Assembly: GCF_000025505.1 (NCBI RefSeq)
Contig: NC_013849.1
Location: forward strand, 2,070,001 to 2,102,000
Source: Ferroglobus placidus DSM 10642
GTDB lineage: Archaea; Halobacteriota; Archaeoglobi; Archaeoglobales; Archaeoglobaceae
Reading direction: 5' to 3'
Length of the DNA stretch: 32,000 bases
Part shown: piece after piece, positions 15,516 through 23,232 of the stretch
Position numbering within the stretch: position 1 is the stretch's first letter
How the letters are laid out: the number at the start of each line of letters is the position of its first letter
Program-made: the position numbers and the translations under genes
Notes under the pieces: generated by a model
Databases searched by the model: none
What the model was told of the DNA's origin: nothing
The model's input: only the letters and a program-made list of their open reading frames with translations

Positions 15516-16662
15516 CGAAGGGTTTTTCGAAGCTTAAAATCACTTCAGCCACTTCTGGACGCATCATTTCTCTTGGCGGGAATTTTCCTTCCATAAGCAT
15601 CTCTCTTATTTTCGTTCCGCTTGGAGGAATTATGTCATCCCCTCTGTGGGGGCAAACTGCCTCGTTCACGTATCCGTAGCACTTCTTGCAGTAGTAAAAC
15701 TGCTTGAAAAATATTGGAGTAATTCCCAAATCTGGAAATTCCTCGAATATCTCCTGAGCTTCGTAAGGTTTGTAATAGCTTCCAACTCCGGCGTGATCTC
15801 TTCCAACTATGAAATGAGTACATCCAAAATTCTTCCTCACTATAGCGTGAAAAATCGCCTCCCTTGGACCAGCATAACGCATTTCAGTTCTAAGAATTGC
15901 CAAAACCGCTCTGTTCTTTAGGTAGTACTTTTCGATCAAAACTTCGTAGGCTTTGAGTATAACCTCGTCTCTGAAATCACCTTTCTTCTTTTTTCCTATG
16001 ACTGGGTTGATGAAAAGACCGTCTACGAAAGTTAAAGCCGTTTTCTGAACGTACTCGTGCCCTAAATGCGGGGCGTTCCTCGTTTGAAATCCGACGATGG
16101 TTCTCCATCCAAGCTCTTTAAACAAAACTCTCGTCTCTATTGGCTGGAGAGTGTACTTTTCGAAGGGATTTTCGATTCGATTCAAAAGCTCTATTTTCCC
16201 TCCAACGAGCCTATCTCTCATTTCGAAGACTTTTTTTACTCCAGGATGATCCAAATCTGTTGTCTTGAAAACTTTTTCAGCGTACTCTCTTTTATCGAAT
16301 TCGTAAATTTCCTCCACTTCCATCAAAGCTTCCACGTCGCCGTTGGTAACTAAAGCTACAACGTCCCCTTCACGAATTTCTAACTTTTCAAGCTCATCGA
16401 GGGAAACGTCGAGAACAATCGGAATAGTCCACGGAAGATCGTTTTCCAAACGCATGGTCTCAAGAACTGAAATGAAGTCGTTTCTCGTCATGAATCCTTC
16501 AAGAGGCGAGTAAACTCCGTGAGCTATGTTTTCTACCTCTACAGCCGTTTCCTTTGAAATCTCTATTTTCGGCAATTCTTTAGCTTCTTCAAGTAATTTA
16601 CTTCTTCTATCTTCAGCGACAACTCTATTAACGAGCTTTCCTCCGTGAGGTTTTGCTGGCAT
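15508..16662 (-). CDS. sat: Sulfate adenylyltransferase (ATP sulfurylase)
   Basis: 384 aa. Motifs are GFQTRNAPHLGHEYVQK and VGRDHAGVG. The C-terminal Cys/His cluster YYCKKCYGYVNEAVCPH matches the short archaeal/thermophile type. Confidence 0.92.
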   Translation of the reverse strand: MPAKPHGGKLVNRVVAEDRRSKLLEEAKELPKIEISKETAVEVENIAHGVYSPLEGFMTRNDFISVLETMRLENDLPWTIPIVLDVSLDELEKLEIREGDVVALVTNGDVEALMEVEEIYEFDKREYAEKVFKTTDLDHPGVKKVFEMRDRLVGGKIELLNRIENPFEKYTLQPIETRVLFKELGWRTIVGFQTRNAPHLGHEYVQKTALTFVDGLFINPVIGKKKKGDFRDEVILKAYEVLIEKYYLKNRAVLAILRTEMRYAGPREAIFHAIVRKNFGCTHFIVGRDHAGVGSYYKPYEAQEIFEEFPDLGITPIFFKQFYYCKKCYGYVNEAVCPHRGDDIIPPSGTKIREMLMEGKFPPREMMRPEVAEVILSFEKPFVD

Positions 16663-16668
16663 AAAAGA

Positions 16669-16911
16669 TCAGTCCAGGTATCCTAAAGCTCTGAGTCTCT
16701 CCTTTACCTTTTCCTCTTCTTCCTTGCTAAAAGCCTCTTCTTTCTCCTCTTCCTCCAAACTTGCGAGAACCTCTCTTAAAACGTAGGTTACGTAGTCAGA
16801 AACGGAGGTAAAGCCAGTCCCTTCAATTCTCTGCTTTATTTTCTCATACAACTGCACCGGAATGCTAACGGTAGTGTACTTCCTCTTCTCCTCCTCGCTC
16901 ATACAAACCAC
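16669..16911 (-). CDS. Ribbon-helix-helix (CopG-family) DNA-binding protein, first gene of the sat operon
   Basis: KYTTVSIPVQLYEKIKQRIEGTGFTSVSDYVTYVLREVL fits RHH, followed by an acidic tail ending RLRALGYLD. The start is GTG at 16911 or ATG at 16902. Its stop is 6 nt from the sat start. Confidence 0.7.
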   Translation of the reverse strand: MVCMSEEEKRKYTTVSIPVQLYEKIKQRIEGTGFTSVSDYVTYVLREVLASLEEEEKEEAFSKEEEEKVKERLRALGYLD

Positions 16912-16914
16912 CTT

Positions 16915-16938
16915 AATTACATTTAATTAAATGTCATT
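16915..16938. promoter_or_regulatory. 24-bp near-perfect palindrome in the 40-nt gap upstream of the RHH/sat operon; candidate promoter-overlapping operator
   Basis: AATTACATTTAA|TTAAATGTCATT: 11 of 12 positions pair across the dyad. It is AT-rich and placed where the TATA box of the RHH gene should be. Confidence 0.4.
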
Positions 16939-16951
16939 AAAATAGTTTTCG

Positions 16952-17281
16952 TTACAAAACTCTAATCCAGTATTTGCGAGCATCCCTCAGAACTATACTT
17001 TCTTTTCTCTTTAGCTCTTCAGTAGTTACCGGAATTACTTCGACATTTCCGAGCTTCTCTTTCCAAATAATCTCGTTAACAATATCGAGTCTTTTTAAAA
17101 AAGCTACGCCTTCCCAATCGTCGGAAACAACAATCAGATCGATATCGCTACGCTTTAGGTAATCTCCTCGTGCGTAGCTTCCGAAGAGGTAAATTCCACT
17201 AATCTTAATTCCCCTTTTATAAAGAGCCTCTTTTAATTTTTCAGCCACTTCTATTACTCTCTTCGGCAAATTTCTTTGCAT
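16952..17281 (-). CDS. Minimal nucleotidyltransferase, MNT (pair B)
   Basis: LFGSYARGDYLKRSDIDLIVVSD is the NTase signature. It overlaps the upstream HEPN gene by 41 nt. Confidence 0.85.
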   Translation of the reverse strand: MQRNLPKRVIEVAEKLKEALYKRGIKISGIYLFGSYARGDYLKRSDIDLIVVSDDWEGVAFLKRLDIVNEIIWKEKLGNVEVIPVTTEELKRKESIVLRDARKYWIRVL

Positions 17282-17654
17282 AATCTAAAACCTCTTTCGC
17301 AATTTTCAAAGCTCTTTCCGCCTCTATTTTATCCACGCTTTCCGAAGGTAATCCGTTTGCAGCATCTGGATATCTTGAGACGGTGTAGTATTTGTTTAAA
17401 ATGTAGAGCTGCTCTTCTATCTCCTTAGGCAAGTTAAAACCGCTTTTCTTTAATTCAGCGTATAGCTCAGTGACAGTATGAATTTTCGGCGGATCTTCTT
17501 TTTTAACAATGAAAAACATAGCCTTAAATGCCTTTTCTACAGCTTGCTGGGAGAAAAAAGCCGTTCTAAAGTACCTTGAGTTTTTAAAGAATAGTTCTGC
17601 GTCGTAAACGTCGTCTTCAGCAGCTTTCAGCCATAAAGCAACCTCCCTTCGCAT
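17241..17654 (-). CDS. HEPN-domain protein (pair B)
   Basis: 137-aa helical ORF with PPKIHTVTELY and YYTVSRYPD motifs of archaeal HEPN. Confidence 0.8.
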   Translation of the reverse strand: MRREVALWLKAAEDDVYDAELFFKNSRYFRTAFFSQQAVEKAFKAMFFIVKKEDPPKIHTVTELYAELKKSGFNLPKEIEEQLYILNKYYTVSRYPDAANGLPSESVDKIEAERALKIAKEVLDYAKKFAEESNRSG

Positions 17655-17695
17655 TCAAAAGATAGTCTCATCTATTTGATTTAACATTTTCCGCA

Positions 17696-17707
17696 AAAAT
17701 TATAAAA
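17696..17707 (+). promoter_or_regulatory. TATA-box-like element for the methyltransferase/aglB unit
   Basis: aaaattataaaa lies about 25 nt upstream of the GTG at 17728, inside a 73-nt divergent intergenic region. Confidence 0.4.
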
Positions 17708-17727
17708 CCTCTCGAAGCCCAACTGCG

Positions 17728-18216
17728 GTGTTCTTTTCAGAAGTTTACGAGAGCTGGAGGGAAATACAGTACGAGAAGTACGAAGAAATACTGAAAAGAA
17801 TTGAAGCTAACGGCTTAAGCCTCGGAAAGTTCGTTCTCGATCTCGGTTCAGCTTCCGGCTTTCTGTACGATTTTCTGGCTGAAAGAGCTGCTGAAGTTGA
17901 GATAGTTGCACTGGACGTTGATAAAAAATCTCTGATGAAGAACTCTTCCGACCACAGAGTTATTGCCGACGGAGATAACCTCCCCTTCAAAAAAAGCGTA
18001 TTCGACAGTCTTTTCTGCGTCGATGTCGCTCATCTCCTCGACTATCTGGAATTTGACTGCATAAAAAAAGAAGGGACTATCGTTCTTGCTCTTCCAGCGA
18101 GACACAAAAACGTTTTCGAGGAAATTCTGAAGAATAAGAGAAATTGCGAACTCGTGGAAAAATTCGTAGTCAACGGCAGGGAAAAGGAGTTAGTGGCACT
18201 TTTGAAAAAGCTATAA
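17728..18216 (+). CDS. Class I SAM-dependent methyltransferase (small)
   Basis: 162 aa. VLDLGSASGFL is SAM-binding motif I, followed by VALDVD and GDNLPFKKSVFDSLF. GTG start. Confidence 0.7.
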   Translation: MFFSEVYESWREIQYEKYEEILKRIEANGLSLGKFVLDLGSASGFLYDFLAERAAEVEIVALDVDKKSLMKNSSDHRVIADGDNLPFKKSVFDSLFCVDVAHLLDYLEFDCIKKEGTIVLALPARHKNVFEEILKNKRNCELVEKFVVNGREKELVALLKKL

Positions 18217-18245
18217 CAGTAAAATTTAAATCCAAATTTCCGAAG

Positions 18246-20771
18246 ATGTTTGCCATGTCTCAAAAGCTTGAAAGGTACTGGCACGTTCCGTTTATTCTCC
18301 TCGCGATTATTCTCGCTCTCTACATAAGAATCGTAAATCCTTGGAATCTTGTATTCGTTCCTTGGATGGAAGGGGCAAGGCTGAGCGGGAACGACCCCTG
18401 GTATTACTTTAGACTCGTTGAAAGCACCATACACAACTTTCCGAACAGGATTTGGTTTGACGCTTTTACACATTACCCCTACGGCACCTACACGCACTTT
18501 GGCCCCTTCTTAACTTATCTGAGCGCTTTTGCAGCAATGATCGCCGGAGCATCGTCTTCGGCTGAGATTAGAACTGTCATAGCTTTCATCCCAGCAATCG
18601 GAGGAGCTTTGTTAGCTTTGCCAACGTATCTACTAACGAAAGAAGTCTTCGGAAAAAAAGCTGGAGTCATCGCTTCCATTTTAGTCGTTCTGATTCCGGG
18701 ACAGCTGATGGCAAGGAGCGTATTAAGTTTCAACGATCATCACATATGGGAAGTTTTTTGGCAAATTGCAGCTCTCGGAACGTTTATTCTGGCTTACAAC
18801 AGATGGAAGAGCAGAGATTACGGAGAAAATATAAAAGACAATAAGCAGCTGGCCTATCCTATCCTTGCGGGTATTTGCATGGGGTTGTATATACTGGCGT
18901 GGGGACCCGGATTCATCTCAGCTCTTCTCATTCTCGTATTCGTCTTTTTCGCATTTCTGTTAAAGGACTTCTTCAAAATAGATACGAAAAGTCTGGCATT
19001 TGTTTCGGTAATCGCTTTTCTCGTTGCAGCTGTGATTTATCTTCCATTCTCTTTCAAAGCGCCCGGGCTTAGCACTACACGTTATACCGCATTTCAACTT
19101 CTTGTTCTGATCGGCTCAGCTTTAATCGTTAGCCTATTCTATTTTGTCGAAAAATTCGTTGAAAGCAAGATAGACAAAAGGTATGCATTTCAGATCATTA
19201 TTCTGTTGCTATCAGCAACTCTTACAGCGATTGCCTTTATCATCGCTCCGGATTTCGCGAGAAATTTGCAATACATTTTCAGAGTCGTTCAGCCGAAAGG
19301 AGGAGCTTTAACGATAGCGGAAGTCCAGCCATTCTTCTCTCTCGGAGGAAAGTTCAGCTTGACACCAGCGTGGCAGAACTTCAGCGTTACTTTCTTCTTC
19401 GCAATCCCAGCAATGGTGTACTACCTTTATAGACTCGTAAAGACGAGAGACGAAAGATTGCTCTTCATACTGATCTGGGGCTTCGCAATGCTTGTTGCCT
19501 TAGCCGGTCAGAACAGATTCGCCTATTATTTCGGAGTAGTTTCGGCAGTTTTCGCAGCTGCAATAGCTGACAAAATTCTCGAAAAGCTGAGCTTTTACGA
19601 CTACATTTCAGCTGCTGTTAAGAATGATGAGAAAACGATGAAGAAGATAGGAGCGAGTAAAGTTATAGCCGGAGCGCTCGTTCTTGCAGTTTTAATATAC
19701 CCGACGTTCTCTCAAGCTAACTTCTACAGCAAGTATTCAGCTGGAGGTATAAACAAGCAGTGGTATGATGCACTAATTTGGATGCGGGAAAACACTCCGG
19801 GAAAGGAGATGTACGATAAGTTCTACTACGAACTCTACAAACCTCCAGAAAATCCGAGGGAAAGGTATCCTTACTATCCCGAGGGAGTCTACAGTGTTAT
19901 GAGCTGGTGGGACTACGGGCACTGGATCACGGCAATAGCTCACAGAATCCCCGTTGCCAACCCTTTCCAGCAAGGAATAGGGAACAAGTACAACAACGTT
20001 CCCGGAGCAGCACCTTTCTTCACAGCTCTAAACGAAAGCTACGCAAATAGCATAGCGGAAAAGCTTGATGTTAAATATGTCGTGAGCGATGTGGAAATGG
20101 CTACCGGAAAGTTTTACGCCATGGCAGTTTGGGCTGAGGGGACTCTCGAAAAAGGGTGGAGAACTTATTACGCCGGAACTGGCATAATCTACCACGATCT
20201 GAGAGGAAACATAGGCATCTCCCTCTCCCCAAGACTTCCTCCGGGAGTGACTCCTATGGGAACTATAAGCGTTCCGAACGAAAACTACTACAAGACTATG
20301 GAAGCCAAGTTCCACATCTTCGACGGAATCGGATTAAAGCACTACAGAATGGTATACGAAAGCGAATCTTCAGCCGGAACTTTTCCCGGGATTCAAGAAC
20401 TTTTCTATCGAAAAAGATTCAACAGCATCTACTCTAAGAGCTTCGGCTTCAAAGTGAATGAAACGTCCACGGGCTACGTCAAAGTTTTCGAATACGTGAA
20501 AGGTGCAATTGTGAAAGGAAAAGCTTCTGGAGACTACGTTGTTGCTAAAGTGAAAATAAAAACGAATCAAGGGAGAGTTTTCGAGTACGTTCAGAGAGTT
20601 AAAGTTGAAAACGGAGAATACGAGCTCGTATTACCTTACGCTCAGGAAACAAAATATCCGGTGAAGCCGATAGAAGATTACAGAATAGAAAGCGGAGGTG
20701 TCGTGAAAACGCTGAAGCTGAGCGATGAGGAGTTGGAGAAGGGAGAGGTAATCCAGCTCGATCTGATTTAG
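18246..20771 (+). CDS. aglB: Archaeal oligosaccharyltransferase AglB (STT3 family), long form
   Basis: Polytopic N-terminal domain with GNDPWYYFR and SFNDHH acidic-loop motifs. The diagnostic SWWDYGHW (WWDYG) motif is present, followed by a soluble C-terminal domain. The start is placed at MFAMSQKLERYWHVPFILL (18246; alternative ATG at 18255), because the track ORF start at 18144 lies inside the methyltransferase gene. Confidence 0.92.
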   Translation: MFAMSQKLERYWHVPFILLAIILALYIRIVNPWNLVFVPWMEGARLSGNDPWYYFRLVESTIHNFPNRIWFDAFTHYPYGTYTHFGPFLTYLSAFAAMIAGASSSAEIRTVIAFIPAIGGALLALPTYLLTKEVFGKKAGVIASILVVLIPGQLMARSVLSFNDHHIWEVFWQIAALGTFILAYNRWKSRDYGENIKDNKQLAYPILAGICMGLYILAWGPGFISALLILVFVFFAFLLKDFFKIDTKSLAFVSVIAFLVAAVIYLPFSFKAPGLSTTRYTAFQLLVLIGSALIVSLFYFVEKFVESKIDKRYAFQIIILLLSATLTAIAFIIAPDFARNLQYIFRVVQPKGGALTIAEVQPFFSLGGKFSLTPAWQNFSVTFFFAIPAMVYYLYRLVKTRDERLLFILIWGFAMLVALAGQNRFAYYFGVVSAVFAAAIADKILEKLSFYDYISAAVKNDEKTMKKIGASKVIAGALVLAVLIYPTFSQANFYSKYSAGGINKQWYDALIWMRENTPGKEMYDKFYYELYKPPENPRERYPYYPEGVYSVMSWWDYGHWITAIAHRIPVANPFQQGIGNKYNNVPGAAPFFTALNESYANSIAEKLDVKYVVSDVEMATGKFYAMAVWAEGTLEKGWRTYYAGTGIIYHDLRGNIGISLSPRLPPGVTPMGTISVPNENYYKTMEAKFHIFDGIGLKHYRMVYESESSAGTFPGIQELFYRKRFNSIYSKSFGFKVNETSTGYVKVFEYVKGAIVKGKASGDYVVAKVKIKTNQGRVFEYVQRVKVENGEYELVLPYAQETKYPVKPIEDYRIESGGVVKTLKLSDEELEKGEVIQLDLI

Positions 20772-20814
20772 AGTAGTAAAGTATAATTAAGCTTTACGAC
20801 AACTAACTTTTCGA

Positions 20815-21303
20815 ATGGAAAACGTTCATCTGAATCTTGCGAGAAAACTCGTGGATCTTTTGAAAAGAAAGTTCCGTGAAAGACTAATCTCTGTGGCTGT
20901 ATTTGGATCTGTGGCAAGGGGAGAAGCGAGAAAGGACAGCGACATAGACGTTTTGGTAGTAATCGAAAATCCTCCTAAAAGTAGAATTAGGAGGCAGCTC
21001 GAATTTGCAGAAGCCGAAAAGGATTTGGAAAATCTAAAAGATGAGCTGATCGACAAAGGTTATTTCATCGACTTCTCGCCGTTAATTCTTTCTCCGGAAG
21101 AGGTGAAAAATCATCCGCCAATTCTTCTCGACATGGTCGAGGATGCTATAATCCTTTACGACAAGAACGATTTTCTCAGAAAAACCCTTGAAAATTTAAA
21201 GGAGAAACTTCGAAAGCTCGGAGCAAAAAGGGTGAGAATTGGCAAAAGATGGTACTGGATCCTAAAGCCGGACTACAAGTTCGGAGAGGTGATAGAGATT
21301 TGA
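20815..21303 (+). CDS. Nucleotidyltransferase-domain protein, MNT-type with C-terminal extension (pair C)
   Basis: VFGSVARGEARKDSDIDVLVV is the NTase signature. 162 aa. A TATA-like aaagtataatt lies about 27 nt upstream. Confidence 0.8.
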   Translation: MENVHLNLARKLVDLLKRKFRERLISVAVFGSVARGEARKDSDIDVLVVIENPPKSRIRRQLEFAEAEKDLENLKDELIDKGYFIDFSPLILSPEEVKNHPPILLDMVEDAIILYDKNDFLRKTLENLKEKLRKLGAKRVRIGKRWYWILKPDYKFGEVIEI

Positions 21304-21314
21304 ACAGTCTTTCG

Positions 21315-21746
21315 ATGGCTAAAGCTTACATTAGACAGGCTGAGGAAAGGAAGAAACACGCTGAAGAAGCTTTCGAAAGCGGGAATTACCCTTACGTAAT
21401 AAGGCAGTGTCAAGAAGCGGTTGAGCTGTCTTTGAAAGCGGCTCTGAGGATTGTAGGGATAGAGCCGCCCAAACTTCACGATGTCGGTCCAATACTCAGA
21501 AAAAACAAGGATTTGTTTCCCGAATGGTTTAGAGAGAATGTTGATAAAATGGCGTCTATTTCGAGAACTTTGAGAAGGGAAAGGGAAACGAGCATGTACG
21601 GAGATGAAGAATTGTCTTTACCTCCGGAAGAAATTTACTCTAAAGAGGATGCTAAAATGGCTTTGGAAGGTTGCAACTTCGTCCTAAAAAATTGTAAAAA
21701 ACTCTTGGAAGAATTCATTCAAAATACTTCTTCGCAAAATCCTTAA
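21315..21746 (+). CDS. HEPN-domain protein (pair C)
   Basis: The start is placed at MAKAYIRQAEERKKHAEEAF (ATG 21315), 11 nt after the MNT stop. Motifs are PPKLHDVGPIL and RRERETSMYGDE. The track ORF start at 21249 overlaps the MNT gene. Confidence 0.75.
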   Translation: MAKAYIRQAEERKKHAEEAFESGNYPYVIRQCQEAVELSLKAALRIVGIEPPKLHDVGPILRKNKDLFPEWFRENVDKMASISRTLRRERETSMYGDEELSLPPEEIYSKEDAKMALEGCNFVLKNCKKLLEEFIQNTSSQNP

Positions 21747-23067
21747 CGCTCTCGACAACTCTATCAATTCTCTCTAAAGCAGTGCCGAGATAATTTTCCG
21801 GCTTTATCAATTCCTCTATTTCCTCCTCGCTGAAAAACCTCCTTATCGTCTCGTCTTCGAGTAAAACCTCTTTGAGATGCTTGTCCTCTTCGTAAGCTTT
21901 CATCGATAGTTTTCTCAGCAACTCGTGGGCTTGCTGTCTGCTCATACCCTTCTTAGTCAGGGCAATCATCACTGCTTCGCTCATGTTCAAGCCACGCTGC
22001 CTCTCCAAATTTTCCCTCACAGCTTTCTCATCAATTCCCAGTTCTTCTACAACTTTGATAGTCTTTGTGAGAATGTGATCGAGAAGAACTGTGGCTTCGA
22101 CCAGAATAATTCTCTCCGCTGACGAGTTCGTTAGATCCCTCTCTTCCCAGAGGATGGAACTCTGATATTGCGGCTCGACGAAGCCTCTTATAACCCTCGC
22201 CAATCCGCAGATTTGCTCGCTGTCTATCGGATTTCTTTTGTGGGGCATAGTAGAGCTTCCCACTTGCTTTTCCTTCTCGAACCTTTCGAAGACTTCAGCA
22301 GTTTCGGCTCTCTGCAGAAGTCTTATGTTCGTAGCTATTTTTTCGAGAGTTGCCGCAACGATGGCTAAAAAGCTGACGTATTCGCAGTAAATGTCCCTCG
22401 GAATTACCTGGCTGCTTATCTCAGCTGGTTTTAGATTGAGGAGTCTCATAACTTCTTCTTCAATTTTAAGCCCTTCCTTTCCGAAAGCGGCTTGCGTTCC
22501 GACAGCTCCGCTCATCTGCCCGACTAAAATTCTCTTCTTCATCTCTTCCAGCCTCTCTAAATGCCTCTTTACTTCGCTCGCCCACAGAGCGAATCTGAAG
22601 CCGTAGGTTGTTGGCAAAGCAGCCTGCCCGTGGGTTCTTCCCAAACAAACGAGGTCTCTATACTTCTCAGCTTTTTCCGCAAGCTTCAAAGCGAGTTTCG
22701 CAAGTTTAATCTCAAGTATTTTTATCGAATCTCTCAGCTGGGTTGCTACAGCCGTATCTATTATGTCGTTGGAAGTCGCTCCGAAGTGAATCCACCTGTC
22801 GTCTTCAGCCACCTCCGCTATAGCTCTAACCAAAGCCATAACGTCGTGCTTTATCTCAGCCTCGATCTCCTTCACTCTCTCAGGAGTTATTTTCCTCGCT
22901 TTTTCTGCAGTTCTCCTCACAGAATCTTCGCTTAAGTAACCAAGTTTGGCGAGGGCTTTAAGAAGAGCGATCTCAACCCTTATCATCCTCTTTATTCTGC
23001 TTTCCTCGCTCCAGATTCTCTTCATTTCTTCCGTTCCGTATCTGTAATCTATCGGATGAACTATCAT
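21715..23067 (-). CDS. purB: Adenylosuccinate lyase
   Basis: 450 aa. The fumarate-lyase signature GSSTMPHKRNP is present, and the N-terminus MIVHPIDYRYGTEEM is typical of PurB. Confidence 0.92.
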   Translation of the reverse strand: MIVHPIDYRYGTEEMKRIWSEESRIKRMIRVEIALLKALAKLGYLSEDSVRRTAEKARKITPERVKEIEAEIKHDVMALVRAIAEVAEDDRWIHFGATSNDIIDTAVATQLRDSIKILEIKLAKLALKLAEKAEKYRDLVCLGRTHGQAALPTTYGFRFALWASEVKRHLERLEEMKKRILVGQMSGAVGTQAAFGKEGLKIEEEVMRLLNLKPAEISSQVIPRDIYCEYVSFLAIVAATLEKIATNIRLLQRAETAEVFERFEKEKQVGSSTMPHKRNPIDSEQICGLARVIRGFVEPQYQSSILWEERDLTNSSAERIILVEATVLLDHILTKTIKVVEELGIDEKAVRENLERQRGLNMSEAVMIALTKKGMSRQQAHELLRKLSMKAYEEDKHLKEVLLEDETIRRFFSEEEIEELIKPENYLGTALERIDRVVESVKDFAKKYFE

Positions 23068-23185
23068 CTGAGAGAAAACGTTAACGAGAATTTAAAATGT
23101 TTAGGTTAAGCATCAAAAATTCCTCAGTGAAAATCAAGAGCGATAAACTCTGACACGCTTTCGAAATGCTTCTTGAAGGTGAAAG

Positions 23186-23194
23186 TTTTATATA
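23186..23194 (+). promoter_or_regulatory. TATA-box-like element for tuf
   Basis: ttttatata is preceded by the purine-rich gaaag and lies about 40 nt upstream of the ATG at 23233. A strong Shine-Dalgarno ggaggtg (23220-23226) sits 6 nt before the ATG, so this transcript appears leadered. Confidence 0.45.
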
Positions 23195-23232
23195 CCCTCC
23201 AGCAATTAGCTCAAGAAAGGGAGGTGGATAGA

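Noticed and set aside
4730-16938. Both RHH-associated palindromes contain the heptamer ATTACAT/ATGTAAT, which hints at a shared operator code.
   Set aside because: The half-sites are in opposite relative orientation and at different spacing. The two RHH proteins are not similar in their beta-strand residues. The same heptamer also occurs inside the ATPase CDS (about 5517-5523), so the match is probably AT-rich coincidence.
18144-18245. The track ORF extends AglB 34 codons upstream (MRTRGKIRSQRQGKG...).
   Set aside because: The extension lies inside the methyltransferase CDS and is basic and non-membrane. The hydrophobic AglB N-terminus begins right after the ATG at 18246. The in-frame upstream extensions of EF-1 alpha (23173), S10 (24530) and HEPN pair C (21249) were trimmed for the same reason.
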